64,000 bases of DNA from an uncultured Gemmatimonadales bacterium. Its GTDB lineage: Bacteria; Gemmatimonadota; Gemmatimonadetes; Longimicrobiales; RSA9. The position numbers and the translations under genes were made by a program. Every line of letters starts with the position of its first letter. Positions within the stretch are counted from its first letter, which is position 1. Where the stretch lies: NCBI GenBank assembly GCA_963816355.1, contig CAWFKH010000006.1, forward strand, positions 96,001 to 160,000. Reading direction: 5' to 3'. Positions 46,425-59,752 of the stretch are shown here, one piece after another. The notes beneath the pieces were generated by a model. The model saw nothing but the letters and a program-made list of their open reading frames with translations, ran no database searches and was not told the DNA's origin.

Positions 46425-47438
46425 CTACGCGACGGCGATGAAGTCCACCCCATCGCGCAGTCCCGCCTCCCGCAGCACCCCGCGGATCGCCGCGCGCGCG
46501 CCGCGCTGTGCCACGGCGGCCACGACCAGGGAGCGGCGGTGGTCGGCGACGTCGCCCGGAGCGATCACGGGCGCGTCGTAAATGCGCTGCCCGATCTTGC
46601 GCGGGTCGAGGTCGACGAAGGCGCGGACCGCCACGCCTCCGCGCCGCAGCGCCCGCGCGAACGCCTTGCCAGTCGGGCCCGCCCCCCACACGACCGTGCC
46701 GTCGCGGCCGCGCAGCAGCGTTCGGCGCAGGTAGTGCACCTTGCACGCGCGGAACGCGTCGGGCGCGTAGCGCGGGTCCGTGCGCGAGAGCCGGTCGGGC
46801 CGCTCCCGCCAGCGCAGCAGCGTTTCGGTCGCGCTGCCGAAGCGGCCGCCGCGCTCCCACAGCCGCAGCAGCAGGTCGTAGTCCTCGGCCCAGCCGGCGT
46901 CGCGGTAGCCGCCCGCCGCCGCGACGGCGTCGGCGCGCAGGAAGAAGGTGGGGTGCGCGATCGGACACTCGACGAAGACGTCGCGCGCGATCGCCTCCGG
47001 CGTCGTCAGCGAGTTGAGCCAGCGCTCGTAGCGGCGCGCACCGTCGCGCACCGCGGCGCGAGGGAAGTAGCGCACCGGGCAGCCGCACCCGGCCAGCGAC
47101 GCGTCCGCCTCCAGGCGGGCGAGCTGGCGCTCGAAGCGGTCGTCCGCCGCCACGTCGTCGGCGTCCATGCGGGCGAGAAAGGCGCCGTGCGCAGCCGCGC
47201 GGGCGACCTCGAGGGCCGCGACGATCCCCGCGCCGCGGCCGCGGATGACCCGCACCCGGCCGTCCCGCGCCGCCCACGCCTCGAGGAGCGCGCCGGTGCC
47301 GTCGCGCGAGCCGTCGTCGACGGCGATCACCTCGAACGCGTCACAGCTCTGGCGCCGCAGCGACTCGATCGCGGCCGGCAGGTGCGGGGCGGCGTCGCGC
47401 GCCGGCAGCAGGACGGAGATGGGGGGGCGGGCGCTCAC
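46425..47438 (-). CDS. Glycosyltransferase family 2
   Basis: SVLLPARD, VDDGSRD, ARMDADD, IAHPT, AEDYDL; C-terminal WGAG Rossmann-like domain. Confidence 0.9.
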   Translation of the reverse strand: MSARPPISVLLPARDAAPHLPAAIESLRRQSCDAFEVIAVDDGSRDGTGALLEAWAARDGRVRVIRGRGAGIVAALEVARAAAHGAFLARMDADDVAADDRFERQLARLEADASLAGCGCPVRYFPRAAVRDGARRYERWLNSLTTPEAIARDVFVECPIAHPTFFLRADAVAAAGGYRDAGWAEDYDLLLRLWERGGRFGSATETLLRWRERPDRLSRTDPRYAPDAFRACKVHYLRRTLLRGRDGTVVWGAGPTGKAFARALRRGGVAVRAFVDLDPRKIGQRIYDAPVIAPGDVADHRRSLVVAAVAQRGARAAIRGVLREAGLRDGVDFIAVA

Positions 47439-47599
47439 GCGGGGAACGTCGCCGGCACGCCCTCCACGCGCCAGCGGGAGCCGTGGAGGCGCCAACCGCG
47501 GTCGGCTTGATCCTTGCCCGCTCCTCCGCCGCGCGCGCCGGCGCCGCGCCCGGTCCCGGGCCCGGTCCCGGCTCTTCGACCCGTGGCCACCGAGGACAC

Positions 47600-48541
47600 G
47601 TGGGATCCGACTCCTCCGGCGAAAGCAAGGTCGTGGTCGTCGCCGCGCTGGCGGCCAACTTCGTCATCGCGGTCGCGAAGTTCGCCGCCGCGGTGGCGAG
47701 CGGCAGCTCCGCCCTCTTCTCGGAGGGGGTCCACTCGGTGGCCGACACCGGCAACGAGGCGCTGCTCCTCCTCGGCCTGCACCGCAGCCGCAAGCCGCCC
47801 GACGAGGGCCACCCGTTCGGGCACGGCCCCGAGCTCTACTTCTGGAGCCTGATCGTCGCCATCGTGCTCTTCTCCGTCGGCGGCGGACTGTCGATCTACG
47901 AGGGTGTGCACGCGCTGCTCTCCGGCGGCGAGCCGGGCGATCCGACGTGGAACTACGTCGTGCTCGCGGTCGCGTTCGTGTCGGAGGGGATCTCCTGGGC
48001 CGTGGCGCTCGCGCACTTCCGCGAGCGCTACGCCGGCCGGCCGTTCCTGCAGGCGTTCCACCACAGCAAGGACCCCTCGCTCTTCATGCCCCTCGCGGAG
48101 GACACCGCCGCGCTCGCCGGGCTCCTCGTCGCCTTCGCCGGCGTCTTCCTCTCACACCGGCTCCACCAGCCGGCATACGACGGCGCCGCCTCGATCCTCA
48201 TCGGCCTCATCCTCTGTGCCGTCGCGCTCTTCCTCGTCTACGAGACGAAGGCGCTCCTCGTCGGCGAAGCGACCGACGACCGACTGGAGGAGGCGGTGCG
48301 CGAGGCGGCGCTCGCCGACCCCGACGTCGACGCCGTCAACCGCCTCCTCACCATGCACCTCTCGCCGAATGAGATCCTGCTCAACCTCGGCGTCCGCTTC
48401 CACGACGCCGGCTCCGCCACGGACGTGGCGCGCGCGATGAACCGGATCGAGCGCCGGATCCGCGACCGCGACACGCGGATCAGCCGCATCTTCATCGAGC
48501 CGGAGGCGCCGGATGAGGGCGGCCGGAGCCCACCCATCTGA
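47600..48541 (+). CDS. Cation diffusion facilitator family transporter
   Basis: SEGVHSVADTGN, HPFGHG, EDTAA, IFIEPE. Confidence 0.92.
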   Translation: MGSDSSGESKVVVVAALAANFVIAVAKFAAAVASGSSALFSEGVHSVADTGNEALLLLGLHRSRKPPDEGHPFGHGPELYFWSLIVAIVLFSVGGGLSIYEGVHALLSGGEPGDPTWNYVVLAVAFVSEGISWAVALAHFRERYAGRPFLQAFHHSKDPSLFMPLAEDTAALAGLLVAFAGVFLSHRLHQPAYDGAASILIGLILCAVALFLVYETKALLVGEATDDRLEEAVREAALADPDVDAVNRLLTMHLSPNEILLNLGVRFHDAGSATDVARAMNRIERRIRDRDTRISRIFIEPEAPDEGGRSPPI

Positions 48542-48681
48542 GGCGCCGGCGCTGCGGTCCGCACGGCGCCCGCGGCACGCCGTGTGCACTACAGAGAAGG
48601 GAACCGACGGCGGTGCGGCCGGGGTGCCCCCCGTCACGGGTCGCCCCGGGCATTGCCGCCTTCACTCAAGGGAGGCGACAG

Positions 48682-48834
48682 ATGCTCTGGACGATCGCAA
48701 TCATCCTGCTGATCCTGTGGCTGCTCGGCCTCGTGTCCGGCTACACGATCGGCGGCTTCATCTACGTGCTGCTCATCGCGGCGATCATCCTGGTCCTGAT
48801 CCGCGTGATCTCGGGCCGGAGACCGGTCGTCTGA
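48682..48834 (+). CDS. Small lmo0937/DUF5670 family membrane protein
   Basis: GGGAGG RBS; MLWTIAIILLILWLLGLVSGYTIGGFIYVLL..ISGRR. Confidence 0.88.
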   Translation: MLWTIAIILLILWLLGLVSGYTIGGFIYVLLIAAIILVLIRVISGRRPVV

Positions 48835-48885
48835 GCCCACCGCGGCTCACGAACGCCTGACGCGGGGCGCGTCGCGTGAGCGGCG

Positions 48886-48955
48886 CGCCTCGCTCCTCGC
48901 GTTCCGCGGCGCCTCGCTCCTCGCGTTCCGCGGCGTGCCGCTCCTCGCGTTCCGG
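48886..48955. repeat. 24-bp tandem repeat x3 (CGCCTCGCTCCTCGCGTTCCGCGG)
   Basis: Seen directly. Confidence 0.85.
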
Positions 48956-49004
48956 GGGAGCTGCGGCGCTTGCGGTAGCCGGGGCTGCGTCCGAAACTGC
49001 CGCG

Positions 49005-50660
49005 ATGAGTTCCGAACGGCACCGAGCCGGCGCGTCCTGGCGTCTGACGCTCGGCGTGATCGCCGCGGGCGCCGCGCTCCGGCTGCTGCTCGGGGCGCTG
49101 TTGCCGCTCTTCCCGGACGAGGCGTACTACTGGGAGTGGTCGCGGCGCCTGGCTGCCGGCTACTTCGACCATCCGCCCGCGATCGCCGCGCTGGTACGGG
49201 CCGGCACGGCGCTCCTCGGAGCGAATCCGCTCAGCGTGCGGCTGGCGTCGATCCTCGCCGGCGCCGCCACCGCGATCGTGCTCGCCGCGGCCGCGCGCCG
49301 TGCAGCCGGCGCTGAGCCGGCCGGCCACCGCGCCGCACTCGTCGTCGCCCTCCTCTTCACCACGATGCCGCTCGCCGGCGCCGGCCTCGTCCTGGCGACG
49401 CCGGACGCGCCGCTCCTGTTCGCGCTCTCGCTCGCCGTGTACGCGGTCGTGCGCGCGCTCGAGCCGACGCCGCGCACCGGGGCCCGCGGCGCGTGGTGGC
49501 TCACCGGCGGCGTCGCGCTCGGCGCGGCGCTGCTCTCGAAGTACACCGCCGTGCTGATCCCCTTCGGCCTGCTGGTCGCGATGCTCGCGGACGCCCGCCT
49601 GCGCCGGCGGCTGCGCTCGCCGTGGCCGTTCGCGGGGGGCGCGCTCGCGCTCGCGCTCTTCGGGCCGGTGGTCGCGTGGAACGCGTCGCACGACTGGGCT
49701 TCCTTCGCCTTCCAGCTCCGGCACGGCCTGGGCCCCGCTCGCGGCTCGCCGGCCGGCCGCGAGATCGAGCTGATCGGCGGCCAGGCGGGCCTGGTCTCGC
49801 CGATCCTGTTCGTGCTGCTCGCGACGGCGGTCGGCCGCGCCGCCGGCCGGCCGCGCGCCGGTCGCGAGGGAGCGGCGGACGAAGCGTCCGCCACGATCCG
49901 CGCCCTCGCCCTGACCGCGGCCGTGACGTTCGGCGTCTTCGTCGTGAGCGCCTTGCGGCGGCCGGTCGAGGCGAACTGGCCCGCACCGGCCTACGTGCCG
50001 GCGGCGGTCGTGCTCGCGGTGATGGCGGTCCGCGTGCCGATCCCGTCGCGTCCCGGGCGCTGGCTGCGTGCGGGCTTCTGGCTCGGGGGCGTCCTCGTCG
50101 CGCTCGTCTACGCGCAGGCGCTCGGCGGTTTCCTGCCGATCCGCGCGCGACGCGATCCGGTGTCGCGCGCACTCGGCTGGCGGGAAATGGCGGCACAAGT
50201 GGACGGCGCCGTGGCCGTGCTCGAAGGCGGGCGGGGGGGAATCGGCCGTCGCGTGTGGATCGGGACGCAGCGCTATCAGGAGGCGGCGGAGCTCGCCTTC
50301 GAGTTGCCGGGGCACCCGCGCGTCTTCGTCGTCAGTGTGGACCGGCGCCCCAGCCAGTACGACGTGTGGCCCGGTTTCGAGCGCATCGCGAAGCCGGGCG
50401 ACGACCTCGCGCTGGTGCTCTATCCGGGGCCCCACCCGGACGGCGGCGCGTTGCCGCCGACCGTCGCCGCGCTGGCGCCCCGCTTCGCCGCGTTGACCGT
50501 CGGTCCGGACGTGGAGCGGCGCGCGCGCGGTGAACTGCTCGACGTACGTCGCATCTACCTGCTCCGCGGCTGGCGGGGCGACGTCGCGCGGCCCGAGATC
50601 GGCGGCAGATCGCGACCCGCTACAGCAGCTTCCCGCGCAACAGCAGGGTCGCCACGGTGA
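49005..50660 (+). CDS. ArnT/PMT-like GT-C glycosyltransferase (GT39/GT83)
   Basis: DEAYYWEWS, GYFDHPP, TPDAP, LSKY, WNASHDWASFAFQ, EANWPAPAY. Confidence 0.9.
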   Translation: MSSERHRAGASWRLTLGVIAAGAALRLLLGALLPLFPDEAYYWEWSRRLAAGYFDHPPAIAALVRAGTALLGANPLSVRLASILAGAATAIVLAAAARRAAGAEPAGHRAALVVALLFTTMPLAGAGLVLATPDAPLLFALSLAVYAVVRALEPTPRTGARGAWWLTGGVALGAALLSKYTAVLIPFGLLVAMLADARLRRRLRSPWPFAGGALALALFGPVVAWNASHDWASFAFQLRHGLGPARGSPAGREIELIGGQAGLVSPILFVLLATAVGRAAGRPRAGREGAADEASATIRALALTAAVTFGVFVVSALRRPVEANWPAPAYVPAAVVLAVMAVRVPIPSRPGRWLRAGFWLGGVLVALVYAQALGGFLPIRARRDPVSRALGWREMAAQVDGAVAVLEGGRGGIGRRVWIGTQRYQEAAELAFELPGHPRVFVVSVDRRPSQYDVWPGFERIAKPGDDLALVLYPGPHPDGGALPPTVAALAPRFAALTVGPDVERRARGELLDVRRIYLLRGWRGDVARPEIGGRSRPATAASRATAGSPR

Positions 50661-52011
50661 AGTAGATGACGAGGCCGGTCACGTCGACGAGGGTGGCGAC
50701 GAACGGCGCCGACGCGCTGGCGGGGTCGAAGCCGAGGCGTCGCATCAGGAAGGGCAGCATCGAGCCGGCGAGCGATCCGAAGGTCACGACGCCCAGCAGG
50801 CCGAACGCGACGGTGAGCGCGACGAGCAGGTAGTGGGGACCGTAGTCGTACCAGCCGAGCGCCTGCCACGCGATGACGCGCACGATGCCGATCGTGCCGA
50901 GGATCGTGCCGAGCATCGCACCCGAAGGCAGCTCGCGCAGCGCGACGCGCCACCAGTCGCGCAGCTCGACCTCGCGCAGCGCCATGGCACGGATGATGAG
51001 CGACGTCGCCTGCGAACCCGAGTTGCCGCCTGAGCTGATGATCAGCGGGATGAAGAGCGCCAGCACGACGGCGCGGCTGATCTCGCCTTCGAAGTGGCCC
51101 ATCGCCGTCGCCGTCAGCATCTCGCCGAGGAAGAGCGCGCTCAGCCAGCCGGCGCGCTTCCGGATCATCGCGCCGACACCGATCGTCATGTAGGGTTCCT
51201 CGAGCGCGCCGACGCCGCCGAATCGCTGCACGTCCTCCGTCAGCTCCTTCACCAGCGCGTCCAGCACGTCGTCCACCGTGACGATGCCCAGAATGTGGCC
51301 GCGCGGGTCGACCACCGGCACGGCGAGCAGGTTGTACTTCGAGATGAGGCGCGCGACGTCCTCGCGGTCCGCGAGCGGCGGCACGCTCAGCGGCCGGCGC
51401 CGGTCGGCCACGCTGCCCACCAGCGTTTCCGGCGCTACGCCGACCAGGTCGCGCAGTCCCACCACGCTGACGAGCCGCTCGTCGCGGGCGTCGACGATGT
51501 AGATCGTGTACACCGTCTCCTTGGCGTGCCCCACGTCGCGCAGGTGGCCGAGCACCTCGCCGACCGTGCGGTTGGCCGGCACCGCCACGTACTCCGTCGT
51601 CATCAGGCCGCCCGCGCTCGTCGGCGGGTAGCTGAGCAGCATGCTGACGTCCTCGCGCGTCTCGCGCCCGAGCGCGCGGAGGATGCGGGACCGGTCCGGC
51701 TCCTCCATCTCGCCGATCAGGTCCGCCTGCTGGTCCGCCGCCATCGCTTCCGCCAGCGCGACCGCCACCTCGAGATCCAGGTGCCGGAAGAGCTCCGCCG
51801 GATCGACCAGCTCCGGCTGGTCCATGACCTGCACCGCCGTGTCGAACGGGAGCCCCGCGACCACCCGCGCCGCCGCGTCCGGCGCGAGGTCGTTCAGCGC
51901 TTCCGCGATGTCCGCGCTCCGCATTGACGCCACCGTCTCCGCCAGGTCGGCCGCGTCGCCGCTCAGCAGGTACAGCAGCTCCGGAGTCGGCGTGAAATCG
52001 CTCATAGGCAT
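50620..52011 (-). CDS. mgtE: Magnesium transporter MgtE
   Basis: N-domain, CBS pair (AGGLMT, GIVTVDD), RAGWL, SSGGNSGSQ, DPASASAPFVATLVDVTG. Confidence 0.96.
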   Translation of the reverse strand: MPMSDFTPTPELLYLLSGDAADLAETVASMRSADIAEALNDLAPDAAARVVAGLPFDTAVQVMDQPELVDPAELFRHLDLEVAVALAEAMAADQQADLIGEMEEPDRSRILRALGRETREDVSMLLSYPPTSAGGLMTTEYVAVPANRTVGEVLGHLRDVGHAKETVYTIYIVDARDERLVSVVGLRDLVGVAPETLVGSVADRRRPLSVPPLADREDVARLISKYNLLAVPVVDPRGHILGIVTVDDVLDALVKELTEDVQRFGGVGALEEPYMTIGVGAMIRKRAGWLSALFLGEMLTATAMGHFEGEISRAVVLALFIPLIISSGGNSGSQATSLIIRAMALREVELRDWWRVALRELPSGAMLGTILGTIGIVRVIAWQALGWYDYGPHYLLVALTVAFGLLGVVTFGSLAGSMLPFLMRRLGFDPASASAPFVATLVDVTGLVIYFTVATLLLRGKLL

Positions 52012-52137
52012 CCTGCCCTTCCTCGCTTCGTCATCCCGGCGGCCCGCGCCGGCGAGGCGCCGGCGAGCCGACCTGCGCGGCGGCTCTGCGGGCGCGCGGC
52101 GAAGGGTCCCGGCGCTGCCTCCTGCCTGCCCGCCCGC

Positions 52138-53502
52138 TCAGCGGCGCGCCTGGCTCTCGCGCGAGCGCACCAGCGCGTAGCGGAAGATCGGCGGCCCGAT
52201 GAACTGGTTCACCGCGATGATCGCGATGATGATCGCGGCGACGCTGCCGCCCAGCTCCGGAAAGCGGTCCCGGATCAGGTTGGCGATGCCGAGCGTGACG
52301 CCGGCCATGGCGACGAAGCCGCTCCACGCGTGCCGCCGGACGATGGCGCCGTCGCCCGCGAGACGCGCGCCGATCCACGTGCTGCCGGCGACGGAGACGA
52401 GGCGCGCCACGATGATCACGAGCGCGATCGGCCACACCTCGCGCAGCGCCGGGATGTCCAGGCCGGCGCCCGCGACGGCGAAGAAGAGCGCGTAGATCGG
52501 CAGCGAGTTCGCTTCGAGCGCGCGCACCAGCTCGTCGCCCTGGCCGGAGAAGTTCTGCACCATGAAGCCGGCCGCCATCGAGATGAGGATGTACTCCAGC
52601 CCGAAGCGCTCGGCGAGCTCCACGGAGAGGAACGCCGCGGCGAGCACGACGAGCACCTGCCGTGTGTCCACGTGGTGGAGCGTGCGCGCGATCGCCAGGC
52701 CGAACGCGGCGCCCACGGCGAGCGAGGCGGCGATCTCGAAGATCACCTGCTCGACCGCGGCGAACGCGAACGGCTTGGTGGGGTCCATGATCGCCGCGGC
52801 GAGCGGGATCAGCAGCGCCATCAGGATCAGGATCAGGACGTCCTTCACGACGGTCAGCCCGAGCACCGTGCGCGTCAGCACGCCGTCCGCCTTCTCCTCC
52901 GTGATCACCGCGATCGTCGTCGCGGGCGAGTTCGCCACCGCCACCAGCCCGAAGAGCAGCGCGACCGCCTCGGCGGCGCGCGCCGGGCGGCCGCTCAGGA
53001 AGCCGATCAGGTCGCGCGCGAAGTAGACGAGCACGGAAACCGTCGTGAAGACGAGCACGACCTGGACGGCGGTGATCGTGCCGATGCTGCGCAGCCGCTC
53101 GCGGATCGACGGGATCCGCAGCTCGCCGCCGGCGGAGAGCGCGATCAGGCTCAGCGCGATCTCGTCGACGAGGCGGAACCGCTCGACCGTATCGTGCGTG
53201 AGGATGCTGAGCGCGTACGGCCCCACGAGCAACCCGAGAAGTAGGTAGCCCGTGATCTGCGGCAGGCCGCCGTGCCGCGCGACCTGCCCCGCGAGGTACG
53301 CCGCCACCAGCAGGAAGCCGAGCCGCATCGTCGCCGACGCCGGCCCCTCCACCCCCGGGAACGGCAGCGTCAGGGCGTAGACGATGCCGACGATGCCGAT
53401 CAGCGACAGCAGGCGCGCGAGCGCCGGCGCGCCGCGCGTCCGCCACGCGGGCGGCCCGGCCGGCGCCCTCACGCGCGCTCCCGCCTCGATCGACTCTTCC
53501 AT
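52138..53502 (-). CDS. Cation:proton antiporter (CPA/Na_H_Exchanger family)
   Basis: LPQITGYLLLG, ANSPATT, KD motif, FFAVAG; GGAGG RBS. Confidence 0.88.
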   Translation of the reverse strand: MEESIEAGARVRAPAGPPAWRTRGAPALARLLSLIGIVGIVYALTLPFPGVEGPASATMRLGFLLVAAYLAGQVARHGGLPQITGYLLLGLLVGPYALSILTHDTVERFRLVDEIALSLIALSAGGELRIPSIRERLRSIGTITAVQVVLVFTTVSVLVYFARDLIGFLSGRPARAAEAVALLFGLVAVANSPATTIAVITEEKADGVLTRTVLGLTVVKDVLILILMALLIPLAAAIMDPTKPFAFAAVEQVIFEIAASLAVGAAFGLAIARTLHHVDTRQVLVVLAAAFLSVELAERFGLEYILISMAAGFMVQNFSGQGDELVRALEANSLPIYALFFAVAGAGLDIPALREVWPIALVIIVARLVSVAGSTWIGARLAGDGAIVRRHAWSGFVAMAGVTLGIANLIRDRFPELGGSVAAIIIAIIAVNQFIGPPIFRYALVRSRESQARR

Positions 53503-53606
53503 CGTCCTCCTCCGACGCGTGCGCGACGACCGCGAACCCCGCAAGATAGGAGTGGCATGGAACTGGAAACACCCGCGCGTGACGCTCCCCGCGCGACGGA
53601 GGCAGC

Positions 53607-56446
<2,840 letters not shown>

Positions 56447-56614
56447 AGCTTCGCGCGCGCCAGCCGACATCCATGCCATCCGGGTGCACGCCCGCGGCGG
56501 TTCCGGCTATCTTTCGGCGCGCGGCGGCCATGGACGGCCGGGCGTGCGCGCGCCAGCGTCGGATGGCGCCGGCCACGGCGCCTCATGGAACGGGAACCCC
56601 GACCTCCGGAGCAG

Positions 56615-58120
56615 ATGAACGAACGCGATCCTCTCGCGGTGCTGCGGGAGGTCTTCGGCTACGACGGCTTCCGCCCAGGTCAGCGCGAGGTGATCGAGAC
56701 GGTGCTCAACGGGCGCGACTGCATCGCGGTCATGCCCACCGGCGCCGGCAAGTCGCTCACCTTCCAGCTGCCGGCGAAGCTCCTGGACGGCACCGTGCTC
56801 GTCGTTTCACCTCTGATCAGCCTGATGAAGGACCAGGTCGACGCGCTGCGCACGCTCGGTTTCCGCGCCGCGGAGATCAATTCGACGCTCGAGCCGGCGG
56901 AGCGCCGTCGTCGACTGGATGCGCTGCGGTCGGGTGCGCTGGAGCTGGCGTACGTGGCACCGGAGGCGCTCGACGGCAGCCTGAGGGACTTCGTGCGGGG
57001 CTGCCCGCTGGCGCTTCTCGTGGTGGACGAGGCGCACTGCATCTCACAGTGGGGCCACGATTTCCGCCCTTCGTACCGGCGCCTCCAGGGGCTGCGCGAG
57101 GAGCTCGGCGGCATCCCGGTGCTCGCCCTGACCGCGACCGCCACGCGCCAGGTCGCGCGCGATATCCTGCGCCAGCTCGGCATGCGCAGGCCCGGCGGAT
57201 ACAAGGGCTCCTTCTTCCGGCGCAACCTGCGTATCCGCTGCCGCAAGAAAGGGCAGGGCGACACCCGTCGCGAGATCCTTGCGCTGATCCGCGAGCGGCG
57301 CGGTGAGCCGGGAATCGTCTACTGCATGTCCCGCCGCACCGTCGAGTCTACCGCGTCCTTCCTGCGCGCCCGCGGCATCCCCGCCTTGCCGTACCACGCC
57401 GGCCTGCCCGACGCCGAGCGCGCCGCCAACCAGGACGCCTTCGCGCGCGACGAGGTCGACGTGATCGTCGCGACGATCGCCTTCGGCATGGGCATCGACA
57501 AGTCGAACGTGCGCTTCGTCGTGCACCGTGACATGCCGAAGGATGTCGAGTCCTGGTACCAGGAGATCGGGCGCGCCGGCCGCGACGGCGAGCCGAGCGA
57601 CTGCTTCCTCTTCTACTCGTGGGCCGACGTCAAGCTGCACGAGCGCTTCCTCTCCGGCATCGAGGACGTCGAGCTGAAGCGCTCCAAGCGCGCCGCCACC
57701 CTCAAGCTGTTCGATCTCCTCGAGCGACCGCTCTGCCGCCACCAGGCGATCCTCGCCCACTTCGACGAGTCGATCGAGCCGTGCGCGGATGCGTGCGATG
57801 TCTGCACCGGCGTCGGCGTCGCTGACCTCGTCGAGCAGGCGACGGCGGCCGCGGTACGCTCCCGCGGCACACGCCGCACCGTCGCGGAGCGTGCCGCGCC
57901 CGCGTCGCACGATCCGCTCTTCGAGCGCCTGCGCGCGCTGCGCAAACACCTCGCCGACGAGCAGGGGGTCCCCGCCTACATCGTCTTCAGCGACGCCGTC
58001 CTGCGCGAGATGGTCGAGCGGCGGCCCGCGACCGCCGTCGAGATGCTCGACGTGCCAGGCGTCGGCCCGGCCAAGCTGGAGCGTTACGGCGAGGCGTTCC
58101 TGCGCGAGCTGCGCGGCTGA
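56615..58120 (+). CDS. recQ: RecQ family DNA helicase (compact, with HRDC)
   Basis: MPTGAGKS, DEAHCISQWGHDFRP, TATAT, YHAG, AFGMGIDK, QEIGRAGRDG, Zn-binding Cys, HRDC (VPAYIVFSD). Confidence 0.95.
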   Translation: MNERDPLAVLREVFGYDGFRPGQREVIETVLNGRDCIAVMPTGAGKSLTFQLPAKLLDGTVLVVSPLISLMKDQVDALRTLGFRAAEINSTLEPAERRRRLDALRSGALELAYVAPEALDGSLRDFVRGCPLALLVVDEAHCISQWGHDFRPSYRRLQGLREELGGIPVLALTATATRQVARDILRQLGMRRPGGYKGSFFRRNLRIRCRKKGQGDTRREILALIRERRGEPGIVYCMSRRTVESTASFLRARGIPALPYHAGLPDAERAANQDAFARDEVDVIVATIAFGMGIDKSNVRFVVHRDMPKDVESWYQEIGRAGRDGEPSDCFLFYSWADVKLHERFLSGIEDVELKRSKRAATLKLFDLLERPLCRHQAILAHFDESIEPCADACDVCTGVGVADLVEQATAAAVRSRGTRRTVAERAAPASHDPLFERLRALRKHLADEQGVPAYIVFSDAVLREMVERRPATAVEMLDVPGVGPAKLERYGEAFLRELRG

Positions 58121-58396
58121 GGAGAGGAAGCCCGCCCGGCGGCGAACCCCTCCGCGCCCCCCGCGCCCTCCGCGTGAAACAAACCGGCGACCCGGCCTCG
58201 CCGCGAAGCGTCCCCAGCGCGGCTTCTTGCGGAGGACGCGGAGGATATCCTCGCGGAGGCGCGCGGGCGGCGTCGAGGAACGCCGAGATGTCGCGCGCCG
58301 GCGTCGTCCCACCTGGCGATTCCAAGGTCGGCCGCCGCGCCCCCTCGAACGCGGCCGGCCTGGCAGGCTCGCCCGCGCATCGCTAGCTTGCCGGCC

Positions 58397-58897
58397 ATGG
58401 CGAACCAGAACTCTTTCGACGTGACGACCGGAGTGGATCTTCAGGAAGTCGACAACGCGGTCAACCAGGCGATGAAGGAGGTCGCCAACCGTTACGACTT
58501 CAAGGGGACGAACTGCACGATCGAGCTGGACCGCAAGGCGGCCGTGCTACGGCTCGAGGCCGACGACGAGTACCGGCTCTCCGCGCTCTTCGACGTGCTC
58601 CAGTCGAAGCTCGTGCGCCGCGGCGTCCCCCTGAAGAACCTCACGCCCGGCAAGCTCGACCACGGTGGGCTCGGCCGCGCGCGCCAGGAGGTGCAGCTCC
58701 AGCAGGGCATCTCCACGGAGACCGCGCGCGAGATCGTGAAGGCCGTCAAGGCGCAGGGATTCAAGAAGGTGCAGGTCGCCATCCAGGGCGATGAGCTCCG
58801 CGTCTCCGCGCCCGTCCGTGACACGCTGCAGGAAGTGATCGCGTTCCTGCGCGGCGAGGATTATGGCGTCGAGCTTCGCTTCGGCAACTACCGGTAG
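58397..58897 (+). CDS. yajQ: YajQ family nucleotide (c-di-GMP)-binding protein
   Basis: SFDV..QEVDNAVNQ..RYDFKG..KVQVAIQGDELRV..FGNYR. Confidence 0.95.
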   Translation: MANQNSFDVTTGVDLQEVDNAVNQAMKEVANRYDFKGTNCTIELDRKAAVLRLEADDEYRLSALFDVLQSKLVRRGVPLKNLTPGKLDHGGLGRARQEVQLQQGISTETAREIVKAVKAQGFKKVQVAIQGDELRVSAPVRDTLQEVIAFLRGEDYGVELRFGNYR

Positions 58898-58920
58898 CGG
58901 ATCTAGGACACCGCAGACGC

Positions 58921-58951
58921 AAAGAAGGGACGCGGCACGCCGCGCCCCTTC
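58921..58951 (-). terminator. Hairpin between convergent yajQ and csp; probable terminator
   Basis: GAAGGGACGCGGC-AC-GCCGCGCCCCTTC with a short T-tract on the minus strand. Confidence 0.6.
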
Positions 58952-59031
58952 CTGATCGGATCCGACGGTCGGGCTCCCTCACCCGCACTCTCGACTCCGC
59001 GCCGGCGGCAGCCGCCGCCGGACATCGCGTG

Positions 59032-59385
59032 CTACCAGCGGTCCTGCTGACCCCCGCCGTAGCCGCCGCGATCACCGCCCCGCGGCCCGCCGCCGCTCCG
59101 CGCGCGGCCCTCGCCGCCGAAGCCGCGCCCACGGCCGCCCGCTGCCCCGGGACCTTCCGGCGCGCCGCCCTCCGGCGCGTCCAGCCGGACCACGTTCTGC
59201 GCCTTCAGACCCTTCGGCTCCTCGATGACGTCGAACTCCACGCGCTCACCCTCGTTGAGCGTGCGGAATCCACTACCCTGGATCGACGTGTGATGGACGA
59301 AGACGTCCGGCCCCTCCTCCTGACGGATGAAGCCGTACCCCTTCTCCTGCGAAAACCACTTGACCGTGCCGGTGATGCGAGCCAT
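59032..59385 (-). CDS. Cold-shock domain protein with a Gly/Arg-rich (RGG-like) C-terminal tail
   Basis: [21 protein letters not shown]; tail [30 protein letters not shown]. Confidence 0.93.
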   Translation of the reverse strand: MARITGTVKWFSQEKGYGFIRQEEGPDVFVHHTSIQGSGFRTLNEGERVEFDVIEEPKGLKAQNVVRLDAPEGGAPEGPGAAGGRGRGFGGEGRARSGGGPRGGDRGGYGGGQQDRW

Positions 59386-59557
59386 TACCGTTGCTCCGAG
59401 ATGAGAAATAGCCCCGCAGGCGTAGACGAAGGCACGAGCGCGAAATCCTCGTCCGCTGCAGGGTGGATAAGTTCCGCCACGGCGGACGACGTCGCTCCGA
59501 CGCCGCCGGCGTGGCCGTTCGTTCCGGCGCCGCGATCTCTCGCGGGCCGTGCGCTCG

Positions 59558-59752
59558 TCAGCGGCCGCGCCTGCGCGAACGGGCGTTCCGTCGGCGCGCA
59601 GCCGCCGCCTTCCGCTTCTTTGCCTCGCTCGGCTTTTCGTAGAAACGGCGCTTCTTCATATCCTTGAACAACCCGGATCGGATCACCTTGCGCCGGAACT
59701 GCTTGAGTGCCCAATCGAGCCGGTCGTTCTCGCCCAGCTTCACTTCGACCAT
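59558..59752 (-). CDS. rpsU: 30S ribosomal protein S21
   Basis: [34 protein letters not shown]. Confidence 0.95.
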   Translation of the reverse strand: MVEVKLGENDRLDWALKQFRRKVIRSGLFKDMKKRRFYEKPSEAKKRKAAAARRRNARSRRRGR

